Source of the DNA: Bacteroidia bacterium
GTDB lineage: Bacteria; Bacteroidota; Bacteroidia; NS11-12g; UBA9320
Reading direction: 5' to 3'
DNA length: 64,000 nt
Assembly (NCBI GenBank): GCA_965216465.1
Contig: CBDCFW010000005.1
Span: 96,001 to 160,000 of the forward strand
Part shown: piece by piece, positions 1 to 10,422 of the stretch
Layout: each line of letters begins with the position of its first letter
Position numbering within the stretch: the first letter of the stretch is position 1
Notes under the pieces: generated by a model
Told to the model about the DNA's origin: nothing
The model's database searches: none
The model's input: only the letters and a program-made list of their open reading frames with translations
Program-made: the position numbers and the translations under genes

Positions 1-171
<171 letters not shown>

Positions 172-209
172 TTATCCTGATAAATAGTACACAAGTTAAC
201 AGCATTTGA

Positions 210-2138
210 TCAATTAACTTCATCTGCTATTTTGATAAGCATATTTCTATTTGAATGATCGGGATATGCCTTTAGAATTTTAACAGCCCAAAACTGAGAT
301 TGTTCAGTATTATTCATTCTTAACCAATAGTTTAAGTACGATTCCCAAACCCCTAGCATGTCAGGTTCTAGTCTGTAAGCTTCAGTTAATATGGCCTTCG
401 CCTCTTCTAATCTTCCTCCCATAATTAGCACTCGAGCTTGACCATTTCTCACGCTTCCATTCTTCGGAAATTCTTGTAGCAAGTCTCCAATTAATCGCTC
501 TGCCTTATTAACTTCATTCCGTGTTAGATATAACTTCATCAATCGAACTCCGATATTTTGATCAGTAGGATCTTTCTCATAGGCTTTCTGTAAATAATAA
601 ACTGCTTGGCTCAAACGGTTGGTATTTTCACACGAAACCCCTACCATAAAGAGTTCCCACGCTGACATATCGCTTTCCGTTTCACTATAAGACTGGGCAA
701 CGGCCGAACTATAATCTTCTGTTAGGTAGTAATATTTTAATTGCAACAAAAGGTTTGGATGATTGATGAGCATCTCTTTTGCCCTGTTCAAATAGAAAGG
801 GTTCTTATCGAACTTCTCCCAATACTCTAAGTAAGCTCTAATTTGCTCCGACGGTTTAGGATTTGGATTATTCACTGCGTATAATCCTATCAAACGTTTA
901 ACTTTTTCTACCTCGTCTTTTTGTATAGGCTTACGGATATAGTGATCGTGAACCGAAACATGTGCAATGTCTTCCGTCCTTAGTCTTGGCATGTGGCATT
1001 GCACACAGTCATCACCGACAGCCAATCTTTCTTTTTGATCTGCTGAACACTTTTCTTTCGAATGACACTCGCCACATGAAGCATTATACACATTAGTGTT
1101 GGTATGCTCTACACTGATGTGAGGATTATGACAGGTAATACACGTAAAATCTTTATCGCTACCCTTAGTTTGAATAAAGCATTCACTTTTTTGAAATCGA
1201 GCTGCGTGATTTGCCATGTCAAATTCATCCTGATTTCCCTCAAAATCAGGAAGGTAAATATCAAACACATCCGACAGCTTCATACCTGGCTTGAAGTCAA
1301 CAAATTGCTTGTCTTTTTTAAGCAGGTTCAAGCCTTGCAGATGGCATCGTTGGCAAACGTCTATCTGTCTTTCTAAGCTTAACTTAGCTGGATTTACTAT
1401 GGTTCGATCTGTTTCTGTTCGAATGTCAACACCACCACCAGAAGCCCTTTCTTTTACATGCAGTGATCCTGGACCATGACACCGCTCGCAATCAATTCCT
1501 AAACCAACCTGCTCAAACTTAAAACGCGACTCACCTATCATTTTAGGCATTGAGTTATGACAGCTTATACACTCAGCATCTAAGACTCTGTTAAATCTTG
1601 AATTCTGCAATTCAAAACCCGGAGCTAAGTCCCATTTACCTTCTTGCACATAAAATGTTATTGGAGCTTGATATAAGTAACCCTCTTCTTCTACGATATG
1701 CGAATTGGTATGTTGCCCACTTCCAACAATATAATCTACTCTGACATCTTGCTGATAAACAGTATCTCCATTTTGAATGCGATACTCTTTAATAAAGAAT
1801 TCATCATTTAAAAAATAAGGATGATATGAAAATCCAGAATTCGAATCATGCACAATAACATGAGCTCCAAAAGTTGCAGATGATTTCCGCTTTGTTGCAT
1901 GGTTAAAAGAGAGTCCCATGCCTGTATGCTGAAAAGTTTCGAGCTTATCAGGATGACACGATGCACAGGTAGAAATACCTACATACTGAACGCTATCAGC
2001 ATGATTTAGAAACTCGAGACTTGAATCGTTTGATTTTACATTACACGATGCGTAACTCACAAGAAGCACAACACCGAGTAATCCTATAAAATAGAAGTAC
2101 TTTTTATAATTGGTATTTAGGAGAACTTGGTTTGCCAC
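210..2138 (-). CDS. Multiheme c-type cytochrome (7 CxxCH) with C-terminal TPR-like repeats, probable lipoprotein; start uncertain
   Basis: Motifs CASCH, CISCH, CERCH, CQRCH, CITCH, CGECH and CVQCH. Hydrophobic N-terminus ending YASC. Helical TPR-like C-terminus. Confidence 0.8.
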   Translation of the reverse strand: MANQVLLNTNYKKYFYFIGLLGVVLLVSYASCNVKSNDSSLEFLNHADSVQYVGISTCASCHPDKLETFQHTGMGLSFNHATKRKSSATFGAHVIVHDSNSGFSYHPYFLNDEFFIKEYRIQNGDTVYQQDVRVDYIVGSGQHTNSHIVEEEGYLYQAPITFYVQEGKWDLAPGFELQNSRFNRVLDAECISCHNSMPKMIGESRFKFEQVGLGIDCERCHGPGSLHVKERASGGGVDIRTETDRTIVNPAKLSLERQIDVCQRCHLQGLNLLKKDKQFVDFKPGMKLSDVFDIYLPDFEGNQDEFDMANHAARFQKSECFIQTKGSDKDFTCITCHNPHISVEHTNTNVYNASCGECHSKEKCSADQKERLAVGDDCVQCHMPRLRTEDIAHVSVHDHYIRKPIQKDEVEKVKRLIGLYAVNNPNPKPSEQIRAYLEYWEKFDKNPFYLNRAKEMLINHPNLLLQLKYYYLTEDYSSAVAQSYSETESDMSAWELFMVGVSCENTNRLSQAVYYLQKAYEKDPTDQNIGVRLMKLYLTRNEVNKAERLIGDLLQEFPKNGSVRNGQARVLIMGGRLEEAKAILTEAYRLEPDMLGVWESYLNYWLRMNNTEQSQFWAVKILKAYPDHSNRNMLIKIADEVN

Positions 2139-2419
2139 TCCACAACACCTCCAAGAAGATTTCTAACTTGTGTGAATCCTTGCTTTTCCATAAAGGCCTT
2201 TGCCGCAGCAGACCTCCCTCCCGTTTTGCAATGAACCACAACTTCTTTATTTAAATATTCGTCGTAATCGTCAATAGCACCAGGTAAGGTAGCTAAAGGT
2301 ATGAGTGTAGCACCAATATTGAAATCGTCGTACTCCCACTGTTCTCTAACATCAATTACGAGTAATTCTTCCTTATTATCAAGCTTAGTTTTAAGCTCTT
2401 CAACGGTAATATCTTGCAT
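2117..2419 (-). CDS. Rhodanese-like domain protein
   Basis: IDVRE, VVVHCKTGGRS active-site loop and NLLGG motifs; 100 aa. Confidence 0.9.
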   Translation of the reverse strand: MQDITVEELKTKLDNKEELLVIDVREQWEYDDFNIGATLIPLATLPGAIDDYDEYLNKEVVVHCKTGGRSAAAKAFMEKQGFTQVRNLLGGVVEWQTKFS

Positions 2420-2431
2420 GTTTTTTGGTTT

Positions 2432-4366
2432 CTAGTGTGCAAAAATAAGCAGTTTGGCCGTTAAGCGGTTGCCAAATTCATCTAAGGTATTGACAAAGTA
2501 TAGGCCATCTGGCAGACCAACAACGCTTAGCTCTGATGTCTTATAAGCCTGACGAACAACAGATCCTTGTGCATTAAACAATTCGATCGCATCGTATTCT
2601 TGTCCGAAATGAACTATCTCAGAAGCAGGGTTAGGGAACATTGCAATCGATTGCTGAATCTCTTGTTCATTAACACTTACATGTAACGGACGGCTGCTTC
2701 CAAATCGTGGACGCAACATTAAGGCTCCGTTTGGAAGGTCAGAATTACCCCATGTGTTAAAAACCTTATAATACAGATGGTCACTAGGCTTGTTTGGATT
2801 TCTGGCATTACCCTGATTCATATCCCAGCCAATATTCAAATTAAACATTGATCGTTGATACCAGCCAAAATAATAGGTGCCTGGCTTTAATATGATTAGT
2901 GTATCTAAGTAATGCGGAGTAAAATCTCGACGACCATTGGCAATGTTGTATTCAGGAGTTAATTCTTCCGATTCATAGATTATTGAATCTTCTGTACCGC
3001 CTCGAATTCCAGTTAAACTATGCCAAATGCGATATTTAAACCTACGGCTCGAGACATCATAAACACTTTCATTAAAAAAAGTGCTGATCGCGTACAGCGT
3101 ATCTTCTTTTTCAATAGTAAACGCAACGGCTATTTCTCCTGGAATATTGCTTGGATTTGTGTTGTGGTCAAATCCAAATCCTCGTTCAGCACTGCCATCA
3201 TCGTATGCATAGCAGTCATAAAACTCTTGGGTTAACTCAATATAGTCGTTGTCTTTGTATTCGTTTAGAATCCCATTCTCCCTAATTTCAACCCTTCTGT
3301 TAATTACGATTGGATTGTTGCCACTTAATCCAGTAATGGAATAATCATTCAATCGACGTTCTGCTCTTCGCTGAGATAAAATATTGTTGGCATTGGCCGA
3401 GAAGCTTGTCGACACTAAGTTTGTTCCCATAAAATCAGCTTCGTGCCTGATTTCGATGTTCTTATCTACATTATAAAGGTTCGAAGCCCACACATAAACA
3501 GAATCTACCATGTGTGCACTTGGATTCTCCATAAAGTGATCATATGGCATCTCATAAAAGTCTTTTAGCAGCGATGAAGGAGTGGTTTGGATTGCATAGT
3601 CGTTATAATAGTCAATGGTCTCACTTCTACCCTTGTCTAAATAGACATAATCAACGTGCCAGTGATTTGCATTTCCTACTTGCCGTGTGAAGGTGGTGAA
3701 CATAAACTGAAAGTCTTCATGAAGAAAATTAGGATTCGTTAGTGGTATGACCACATGTTCAAATTCCATTGAAGCCTCTTGTCCACCAATGCTCCATACT
3801 TTGATCCATGCATTATTATCTGCCTTAAAATAAACACGAATCGAATCTTCTCCATTGAGGTGATAACCATATCCATTGGGTTGATAGAAAAAACTCAACA
3901 TGATCGAATCTGACAAGGCATATGGCACTCCTGCTGAGTCTTTTAAGTTTATGGGTTGGCTGATTAGACTATCTCCCGCTGACTTAAAATCTTTATTTAT
4001 CGTACTGTTATACGGTACCCCGTATTCATCAAGAACGTCGAAAGTAGCAACGTTCAATGAGGGCGGGTACACCGGAAAATGATTATTCACATAAACTTGA
4101 TTGTTCAACCACTTCGACGAATCAGGATACAAGCTCGAAAGTGCAAAATCATCAAAAAAAGGAAGTTCCAAGGTGTCTTTCTTACCCCACTTCGCCTTAA
4201 AACTTGAAGTATTCCAAACATAATCTGGATTTGCAGCTCTATACTCCTGCAAAATATTATTGGTTGTCACCGGATAGGTGGTAACAACTTGAGCCTCGCT
4301 ATTAAAATTTAGTAAAGTTCCAACTAGAACAAGTGCTAGATATTTAGGAAGTAGTTTTCTCGGCAT
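2432..4366 (-). CDS. T9SS type A sorting domain-containing protein (likely start ATG 4366; ORF is open to 4417)
   Basis: Signal peptide, LELPFFDDF motif, C-terminal FPNPAS...LPDGLYFV CTD. Confidence 0.8.
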   Translation of the reverse strand: MPRKLLPKYLALVLVGTLLNFNSEAQVVTTYPVTTNNILQEYRAANPDYVWNTSSFKAKWGKKDTLELPFFDDFALSSLYPDSSKWLNNQVYVNNHFPVYPPSLNVATFDVLDEYGVPYNSTINKDFKSAGDSLISQPINLKDSAGVPYALSDSIMLSFFYQPNGYGYHLNGEDSIRVYFKADNNAWIKVWSIGGQEASMEFEHVVIPLTNPNFLHEDFQFMFTTFTRQVGNANHWHVDYVYLDKGRSETIDYYNDYAIQTTPSSLLKDFYEMPYDHFMENPSAHMVDSVYVWASNLYNVDKNIEIRHEADFMGTNLVSTSFSANANNILSQRRAERRLNDYSITGLSGNNPIVINRRVEIRENGILNEYKDNDYIELTQEFYDCYAYDDGSAERGFGFDHNTNPSNIPGEIAVAFTIEKEDTLYAISTFFNESVYDVSSRRFKYRIWHSLTGIRGGTEDSIIYESEELTPEYNIANGRRDFTPHYLDTLIILKPGTYYFGWYQRSMFNLNIGWDMNQGNARNPNKPSDHLYYKVFNTWGNSDLPNGALMLRPRFGSSRPLHVSVNEQEIQQSIAMFPNPASEIVHFGQEYDAIELFNAQGSVVRQAYKTSELSVVGLPDGLYFVNTLDEFGNRLTAKLLIFAH

Positions 4367-4441
4367 AGTTGTATTTCGGCTGGTAAAGTAACGCAGTAAA
4401 GCTTGATTAAGTATCATTTAAACTACATAATTATTGTACGA

Positions 4442-5053
4442 TTAAAACAACTCCTGTACATCAGAACTATTTCCGCCATTACCTGTAGTATCAACATCGT
4501 AATAGTCACGCGATATTCCAATTACTATATCGACCTTTGAGTTACGTTCTATCAAGCTTCCTGGCTTCAATTCGCTCTGCGTACCATGTTTGTATTGAGC
4601 GAGCACTGGTTCATCTGTTCTTGAGTGCACCGAAGGGTGCATTTTCTTTATAACATTCCCTATACGAAGATGACTTCTTGATAAAATATTTCGTGCCTGC
4701 GACAATGACGTTTTAAATGCCAAATCAGGAACCTCAACCATGGGAATTTTACCTGAATTGATTACCAAGTAAACCTTTCTTCCTCGCTTAACCATTAAGC
4801 CTGCAGGAGGGTTTTGATTAATAACTGAAAGCTTTGGCGCTCCGTCTTTAAATACTGTATCTGCAATAACACCTTCTAATCCTGCTTCTTTTAAGTCACT
4901 AATGGCTTTTTGACTTAAAACTCCTTCTAAGTCTTGAATCTCAACCAATTCACTATCGTGTTTCGTGTAAATATCTAACCACCAGAGTACTCCAAATGCT
5001 AAAATTACTCCTGCAATTCCAATTAGAGCTGCATGTATCAGGAACTTCTTCAT
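4442..5053 (-). CDS. PASTA domain-containing membrane protein
   Basis: N-terminal TM with YTKH; PASTA-like repeats (VINQNPPAG..VKRGRKVYL, VEVPDL). Confidence 0.85.
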   Translation of the reverse strand: MKKFLIHAALIGIAGVILAFGVLWWLDIYTKHDSELVEIQDLEGVLSQKAISDLKEAGLEGVIADTVFKDGAPKLSVINQNPPAGLMVKRGRKVYLVINSGKIPMVEVPDLAFKTSLSQARNILSRSHLRIGNVIKKMHPSVHSRTDEPVLAQYKHGTQSELKPGSLIERNSKVDIVIGISRDYYDVDTTGNGGNSSDVQELF

Positions 5054-5232
5054 ATATCGTCGTTCAAGCTTCTTATTCTATTTTCTTGTACCTAGAATGT
5101 CTATGTTTCGCTACATTAAATGCTCACAAGACACCCTAAGATTGGCTCAAAAATGAGGTGGAACTACGCCAATTGCAAATATTTCTATGAACTCGCTGTG
5201 CAATAATTGACTCATTTTAATGCTGTTTCTTG

Positions 5233-5250
5233 TTTTGGTACACCTTTTGA
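5233..5250 (+). promoter_or_regulatory. Putative sigma54-type -24/-12 promoter of the TlpA-family gene
   Basis: TTTTGGTACACCTTTTGA (GG-N10-GA), 28 nt upstream of ATG 5279. Confidence 0.45.
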
Positions 5251-5278
5251 ACTTATAATCGCAGACGAATATTATAAA

Positions 5279-5779
5279 ATGAAGAAATTATTTACACTTG
5301 TTTTTGTTCTAGCAGCTGGTATAGCCTTTGCTCAAACCGATAGTACTAGCAATGCTCTTCCATCTACCGTGGTTAAAAACATTGATGGAGAAAATGTCAA
5401 TCTAGCCGATTATGCTAACAACGGTAAGATTACAATTATTTCATTCTGGGCTACTTGGTGTAAGCCATGTATTAAAGAGTTAAAAAATGTTAATGATTTG
5501 CTCGCAGATTGGGAAGAAGATTATGATGTTGAATTGGTTGCGATTAGCGTAGACGATAGTAGAAATACTGCTCGTGTTAAGCCAATGGTAAGTGGATTAG
5601 GATGGGACTTTGATGTTCTACTTGACCCTAACGGTGATATTCAAAGAGCAATGAACGTTGCTAACCCACCTGTAACCTTTTTGCTAGATCAAAACGGAGA
5701 AATCGTATACAAGCATACCGGATATGTTGAGGGAGACGAGTTAGAACTCGAAGAACATATCATTGAAATTGCAGAATAA
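5279..5779 (+). CDS. TlpA-family thiol:disulfide oxidoreductase
   Basis: Signal peptide from ATG 5279; FWATWCKPC motif; PPVTFLLD. Confidence 0.9.
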   Translation: MKKLFTLVFVLAAGIAFAQTDSTSNALPSTVVKNIDGENVNLADYANNGKITIISFWATWCKPCIKELKNVNDLLADWEEDYDVELVAISVDDSRNTARVKPMVSGLGWDFDVLLDPNGDIQRAMNVANPPVTFLLDQNGEIVYKHTGYVEGDELELEEHIIEIAE

Positions 5780-5802
5780 GCGATTTCCATAAAATAATTA
5801 AT

Positions 5803-5825
5803 GCACCTTTACGGTGCTTTTTTTT
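5803..5825 (+). terminator. Putative intrinsic terminator
   Basis: GCACC-TTTAC-GGTGC followed by a T run, just after the stop at 5779. Confidence 0.55.
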
Positions 5826-6537
5826 ATCGCCAAAGTTTCGATTTTGCCGAAATTAAGCAAAGCTGGAAACCGAGTTTTCCCTCTAAAAATCCAAGTTTTA
5901 AGATATACATCTTAAAAAACTTAAATATTGCTGCCATCCAGGCCGCAAAACGATTTGGATACTTTTTAGCCAAGCTGGCATACTTTTTCTCTCTTTGGAT
6001 GTGATCTTGCTTGCTCTCTATACTGTAATGTAATAAGTCGCCCTGAAGTTTTACAACTGAAGGATTCTGAGCAAATACCAATTTTTCGTGTACCTCTCCC
6101 TCCCATCTTGTGCTTTGTTTGGCAAACAGCCTAACTTTTGTGTCGGGATACCATCCAGCGTGTTTAATCCATTGGCCGCAGTAGTTATTTAAGCGATTAA
6201 AACTGTACACACTAAGTGGCGACAGGCCACTATACTTGGTCTCTTTTATACTGCTTATAAGTTCATCAGACAAGACTTCATCGGCATCAACAGAAAGAAC
6301 ATAGTCGTGCTTTGCTTGCTCATTTGCAAAGTTCTTTGTAGCCGAATATCCTTGCCACTCCCTACTTATAAAACGAGCTCCATGTTCTTCACAAATCGAC
6401 TTGGTCTTATCGGTGCTAAAAGAATCTACGACTACTATTTCATCGGCAACTTCCTGCAATGATTTTAAACATTGGCCTATATACTTCTCTTCGTTGAAGC
6501 TTATAAGTACTGCTGATATTTTACTGTTATTCGGCAT
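5824..6537 (-). CDS. Glycosyltransferase family 2 (WaaE/KdtX-like)
   Basis: ISAVLISFNEE, VVDSFSTD, DADE and GWYPD motifs. Confidence 0.9.
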   Translation of the reverse strand: MPNNSKISAVLISFNEEKYIGQCLKSLQEVADEIVVVDSFSTDKTKSICEEHGARFISREWQGYSATKNFANEQAKHDYVLSVDADEVLSDELISSIKETKYSGLSPLSVYSFNRLNNYCGQWIKHAGWYPDTKVRLFAKQSTRWEGEVHEKLVFAQNPSVVKLQGDLLHYSIESKQDHIQREKKYASLAKKYPNRFAAWMAAIFKFFKMYILKLGFLEGKLGFQLCLISAKSKLWR

Positions 6538-6571
6538 AAAAAATCCGGACGATGTAACATCCGTCCGGATT
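6538..6571 (-). terminator. Intrinsic terminator downstream of the Cys-rich lipoprotein gene
   Basis: AATCCGGACG...CGTCCGGATT 10 bp stem with a T run on the minus strand. Confidence 0.7.
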
Positions 6572-6629
6572 AAATTATTGTAAATTTATGAAGTCATGAG
6601 ATATCATCATGAATTCGTGAAAGCTCTAA

Positions 6630-6971
6630 TTATTCTTCAGTTACAGGTTCATCTGCAACCTCTTCTTCAGCTTCATCGTCAGTAGTTTCACCATTGATGT
6701 CGCCTTCTTCAATTTCTGATTCAGTAGATGTAGAGTCGGAAGCTGAGTCATCATGCTTGCAGCATTCTTTTTCACAATCTTCGGCACAAGCCTTTTTGTC
6801 TTTATCTGCACAGCATTCTTTCTCGCAATCGTCAGCACATGCTTCTTTCTCTTTTCCTTCGCAGCACTCTTTTTTGCAATCTTCTTCACATCCCTCCTTA
6901 TCGTTTTGACAAGCAACAAAAGCAAAGCTCAAAAATGCGATCAAACTTAGTAGTTTTAATGTTCTCTTCAT
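6630..6971 (-). CDS. Small Cys-rich lipoprotein with three 17-aa CxxDCxKECC repeats and an acidic tail
   Basis: Lipobox FVAC; TAnnTTTG promoter 5 nt upstream; own terminator. Confidence 0.75.
   Translation of the reverse strand: MKRTLKLLSLIAFLSFAFVACQNDKEGCEEDCKKECCEGKEKEACADDCEKECCADKDKKACAEDCEKECCKHDDSASDSTSTESEIEEGDINGETTDDEAEEEVADEPVTEE
6759..6890 (-). repeat. Intragenic 51-nt-period tandem repeat (3 units)
   Basis: CEEDCKKECC, CADDCEKECC and CAEDCEKECC at a 17-residue period. Confidence 0.85.
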
Positions 6972-7007
6972 GAGAGCAAAAATAACCGAATACTTGAATT
7001 GAGAAAA

Positions 7008-7529
7008 TTACAGAACCGATGCCTTAACAGCGAATTTTAAATCGGCTCTAAATGTAATGTCGACATTGACGTCTTCTACCGTGGTTCCTTGTGCTCTTAA
7101 CACAAAGGTTCCTGTTTTTAGATGACTTGCTAGCTCGACATCTTCAACATCCAAACTAACTGTATTCATAGAGCCATCAATAGGCACTTTAGATGCAATC
7201 ATTTCCTCTGTCATGCCATCGCCCATAATGAATAAGCTAATGTCTTGAGCAAATGAAAAATCTTCGGAAGTTGGATTAACAATGGTAACCATGCATTCTG
7301 TAAGTTTTGCACTTTCTAACTTCTCGAGATCAGCATTGCTATCATCAAAATCGTCGGTTTCAACCTCAATAGGCTCTGAGGTTTCGTTAAAAGTTGTACT
7401 GGTAATTGTTCCAGAAACGACAGTATATTCAGCGTCATACTCCACATCAAAATCTGCTTGAAGTTGATCTGCACATCCAGATATCAGTATAGCTGAACAA
7501 AATAGTAAGGCTAGAAATATTTTATTCAT
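7008..7529 (-). CDS. Hypothetical acidic lipoprotein
   Basis: Lipobox ISGC; TATCTTTG promoter at 7537-7544. Confidence 0.7.
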   Translation of the reverse strand: MNKIFLALLFCSAILISGCADQLQADFDVEYDAEYTVVSGTITSTTFNETSEPIEVETDDFDDSNADLEKLESAKLTECMVTIVNPTSEDFSFAQDISLFIMGDGMTEEMIASKVPIDGSMNTVSLDVEDVELASHLKTGTFVLRAQGTTVEDVNVDITFRADLKFAVKASVL

Positions 7530-7557
7530 AACCTAACAAAGATAGTGATTTTATAGC

Positions 7558-8652
7558 TTAAACGTTGAATCTGAAGTTCATCAGATCACCATCTATGGCC
7601 ACATAATCTTTTCCTTCAACTCTGAGCTTTCCTGCCTCTCTGCACTTCGCTTCAGAACCATACTCGATAAAGTCTTGATATGCAATTACTTCAGCTCGAA
7701 TAAAGCCTTTTTCAAAATCGGTGTGAATTACACCTGCTGCTTGTGGAGCCTTCATACCATCTGTTATAGTCCAAGCTCGCACTTCTTTTTCTCCTGCAGT
7801 AAAGTAGGTGATGTAGTGAAGTAATTTATACGCTGCTTTAATAATTCTGTTTACTCCGCTCTCCGTTAATCCCATTTCTTCAAGAAACATCATTCGATCT
7901 TCATGATCCATTCCGATTAGTTCAGATTCGATAGCAGCAGATACAAACATTACTTCTGCATTTTCATCTTTCACCGCCTCCATAAATTTCTCAGTATGGT
8001 GGTTACCATTAACAACGCTTTGTTCATCAACGTTGCAAACGTAAAGAACCGGCTTTGCTGTTAGTAGATTAAGGTCTTTAACAAGTGCCCATTGTTTTTC
8101 ATCAAGATCGGTTGTTCTTGCCGACAATCCTTGTTCCAATTGATCTTTTATCAGATTGCAAACGTCGAAGATTGCCTTGCCTTCTTTATCACCAACTTCA
8201 GCAACCTTTTTAACTTTCTGAATTTTTGCATCTACAGCCTCAAGATCTTTTAGCTGAAGCTCGGTGTCGATAATCTCTTTGTCTCTTACAGGGTCGATAC
8301 TTCCATCAACATGAGTAATGTTCTCATCGTCGAAGCATCGCACCACATGCAGAATCGCATTGGTATTTCGGATATTTCCTAAGAACTGGTTTCCGAGGCC
8401 TTCTCCTTTACTTGCACCTTTAACCAAGCCTGCGATATCTACTATCTCAACAGTCGTTGGAACAATTTTCTGCGGGTTTACCAAATCTGCAATTTTTTCT
8501 AATCGCTCATCAGGTACGGTTATCGTTCCGACATTCGGTTCGATGGTACAAAACGGGTAGTTCGCACTTTCTGCCTTTGCACTGCTCAAACAATTAAAAA
8601 GCGTTGATTTACCTACGTTGGGAAGCCCAACAATTCCACACTGTAATGCCAT
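7558..8652 (-). CDS. ychF: Redox-regulated ATPase YchF
   Basis: GIVGLPNVGKST, NYPFCTIEPN, DIAGLVKGASKGEGLGNQFL, FRFNV C-terminus. Confidence 0.98.
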   Translation of the reverse strand: MALQCGIVGLPNVGKSTLFNCLSSAKAESANYPFCTIEPNVGTITVPDERLEKIADLVNPQKIVPTTVEIVDIAGLVKGASKGEGLGNQFLGNIRNTNAILHVVRCFDDENITHVDGSIDPVRDKEIIDTELQLKDLEAVDAKIQKVKKVAEVGDKEGKAIFDVCNLIKDQLEQGLSARTTDLDEKQWALVKDLNLLTAKPVLYVCNVDEQSVVNGNHHTEKFMEAVKDENAEVMFVSAAIESELIGMDHEDRMMFLEEMGLTESGVNRIIKAAYKLLHYITYFTAGEKEVRAWTITDGMKAPQAAGVIHTDFEKGFIRAEVIAYQDFIEYGSEAKCREAGKLRVEGKDYVAIDGDLMNFRFNV

Positions 8653-8761
8653 AATTTAAAAGTGGTGCAAGTTTAGCGATAATATGTGAATATTGCATAG
8701 GCAGAGAACGCCAATAATGAATTGCTGACTATCTTAATTTTACAACTGTTATAGACAACTT

Positions 8762-10267
8762 TTACTCAGTACTTAATTGTTCAAATGCTTTCTTCTCTGC
8801 CCAAACCATTTCGAGCCAAGATTTGTCTTTTTGTTCAATCAAAAACTTCTCAATTCTCCGATCAATTTTTTCCTTATAGTTCACCTCTTTAAAGTATCCT
8901 TTTCTTGCAAAAGGAACGGCTTGTTGTTGGTTCTTTTCAATTTCTTCAATTTCGGTATCATCTAATTTGAGATATGGCAGTGCTTTGTCGCTTAAGTCAG
9001 CCATGAAAGGCAAGTGTATAAAAGCTGAATTCTGATGAGCAAAATTGTATTTAGCGATATAAACGTCCCAATTGATAGCACAGGTCAAAACTAAAACGAT
9101 GTACGCGGCTAAGGCATTGGTTCGAACCAAAAAGAAGATTGTTTTTTGCTGATGTACCTTAAGAATAATTGTAATGAGCCCGACTAAACATAGAATTAAA
9201 AATATCACCACTCCTATACGGCGATATGCCAATGCGAAGTGTTGAATGTAATACGCATTTCGTACAAAAACAGATACGATGAGTAATCCGTTTAAGCCAA
9301 TCCATACCGTTGCTAATTGTTTTAGGCGAGCATTGTTCTTTAAGAAGTTCAAATTTCTACGGAAGAAATAAACTGTAACTGCAATCGATACCAATATGCT
9401 AAAAATCAATACATAGGTTCCTTCGTGCACCATTGATTTTAAAAACTCTCCTTCCCATTCAAAACCAAACCATACATTCTTCATTTCTACATAAAGGAGC
9501 AATACGAGAAGTAGGTTTAATGAAGCGAACAGAAATATTGCTGATTTGTATTCATATTTTAAATCAAGGTTTCTAAACTTGGAGATGTACTTCTTTCGAA
9601 AACGCTCCATCACATCTTTCCTTCTCAACTCTCCTCTCAAAATGCTTGAGTCAATTAATCCTAGGCTATGAACAAATCCAAAGAATAAGCCCAATATAGC
9701 AACTCCAACAGCATTAATATTAATGTACTTAGCAATATACTCAAAGACTCTATTGATGTACTCTCCAATATTGGAAATGATATCTGAAAAGAATGAACTT
9801 CCCATACTATACAAAGCCACAAAGAGCAGAATAATGAATAAAGGAAGAAATATGATTCGTATTTGCTTACTTAAGCTAAATGACCGCTTTTTTCGTTTTC
9901 TAGATCGAAACGACCCAAAGAAAGACGAAATGGCTACTCCATAATTATACAGCGAATTAGGAAGCGATGAAAGTATGTTTCTCAATCCCGATGAGGTGTG
10001 CAATCCAATCAGCATAAAAAATGATATCAAGGCAAGCACAAATGCAACTGGGCTTCCATACAAAAAGTAGAAAATCGAGGTTAATAGATATCCAGCAGCT
10101 ACAATTTTGTTAAGATTGGCTTTAAAAAAGTTAAAATTAAAGATTAACATAAACAGGATTGTTCCTACTGCATAAAGGGCTACATTCAAGCCCAAGCTTT
10201 GTTCAAAAAACAATAACGTAAAGAGTAATGCAGAAAGGAGGCTGATGACATATTTTGGTAGTTTCAT
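8762..10267 (-). CDS. DUF4153/DUF4173-like multi-pass membrane protein
   Basis: Many TM segments; VHEGTYVLIFSI and RNAYYIQHFALAYRRIGV motifs. Confidence 0.7.
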   Translation of the reverse strand: MKLPKYVISLLSALLFTLLFFEQSLGLNVALYAVGTILFMLIFNFNFFKANLNKIVAAGYLLTSIFYFLYGSPVAFVLALISFFMLIGLHTSSGLRNILSSLPNSLYNYGVAISSFFGSFRSRKRKKRSFSLSKQIRIIFLPLFIILLFVALYSMGSSFFSDIISNIGEYINRVFEYIAKYININAVGVAILGLFFGFVHSLGLIDSSILRGELRRKDVMERFRKKYISKFRNLDLKYEYKSAIFLFASLNLLLVLLLYVEMKNVWFGFEWEGEFLKSMVHEGTYVLIFSILVSIAVTVYFFRRNLNFLKNNARLKQLATVWIGLNGLLIVSVFVRNAYYIQHFALAYRRIGVVIFLILCLVGLITIILKVHQQKTIFFLVRTNALAAYIVLVLTCAINWDVYIAKYNFAHQNSAFIHLPFMADLSDKALPYLKLDDTEIEEIEKNQQQAVPFARKGYFKEVNYKEKIDRRIEKFLIEQKDKSWLEMVWAEKKAFEQLSTE

Positions 10268-10390
10268 ACAGATATAGGTTACAAGGTTTCGGGATTAACG
10301 AGCCAAAATGTCAAAAATTATGCTTTTAAACGAACAAAGCTCTTCATTTGTAGAACAGACCAAATTGGGCAAATTGTCAGGTATTTTTAC

Positions 10391-10406
10391 TGGGTACGTC
10401 TTTTGC
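10391..10406 (+). promoter_or_regulatory. Putative sigma54-type promoter of the rhomboid gene
   Basis: TGGGTACGTCTTTTGC (GG-N10-GC), 16 nt upstream of ATG 10423. Confidence 0.45.
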
Positions 10407-10422
10407 TATACAGAAATCAAAC

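Noticed and set aside
6641-6950. Three alternative ORFs overlapping the Cys-rich lipoprotein gene
   Set aside because: They are shadow frames of repetitive sequence. Only 6630-6971 has a lipobox, promoter and terminator.
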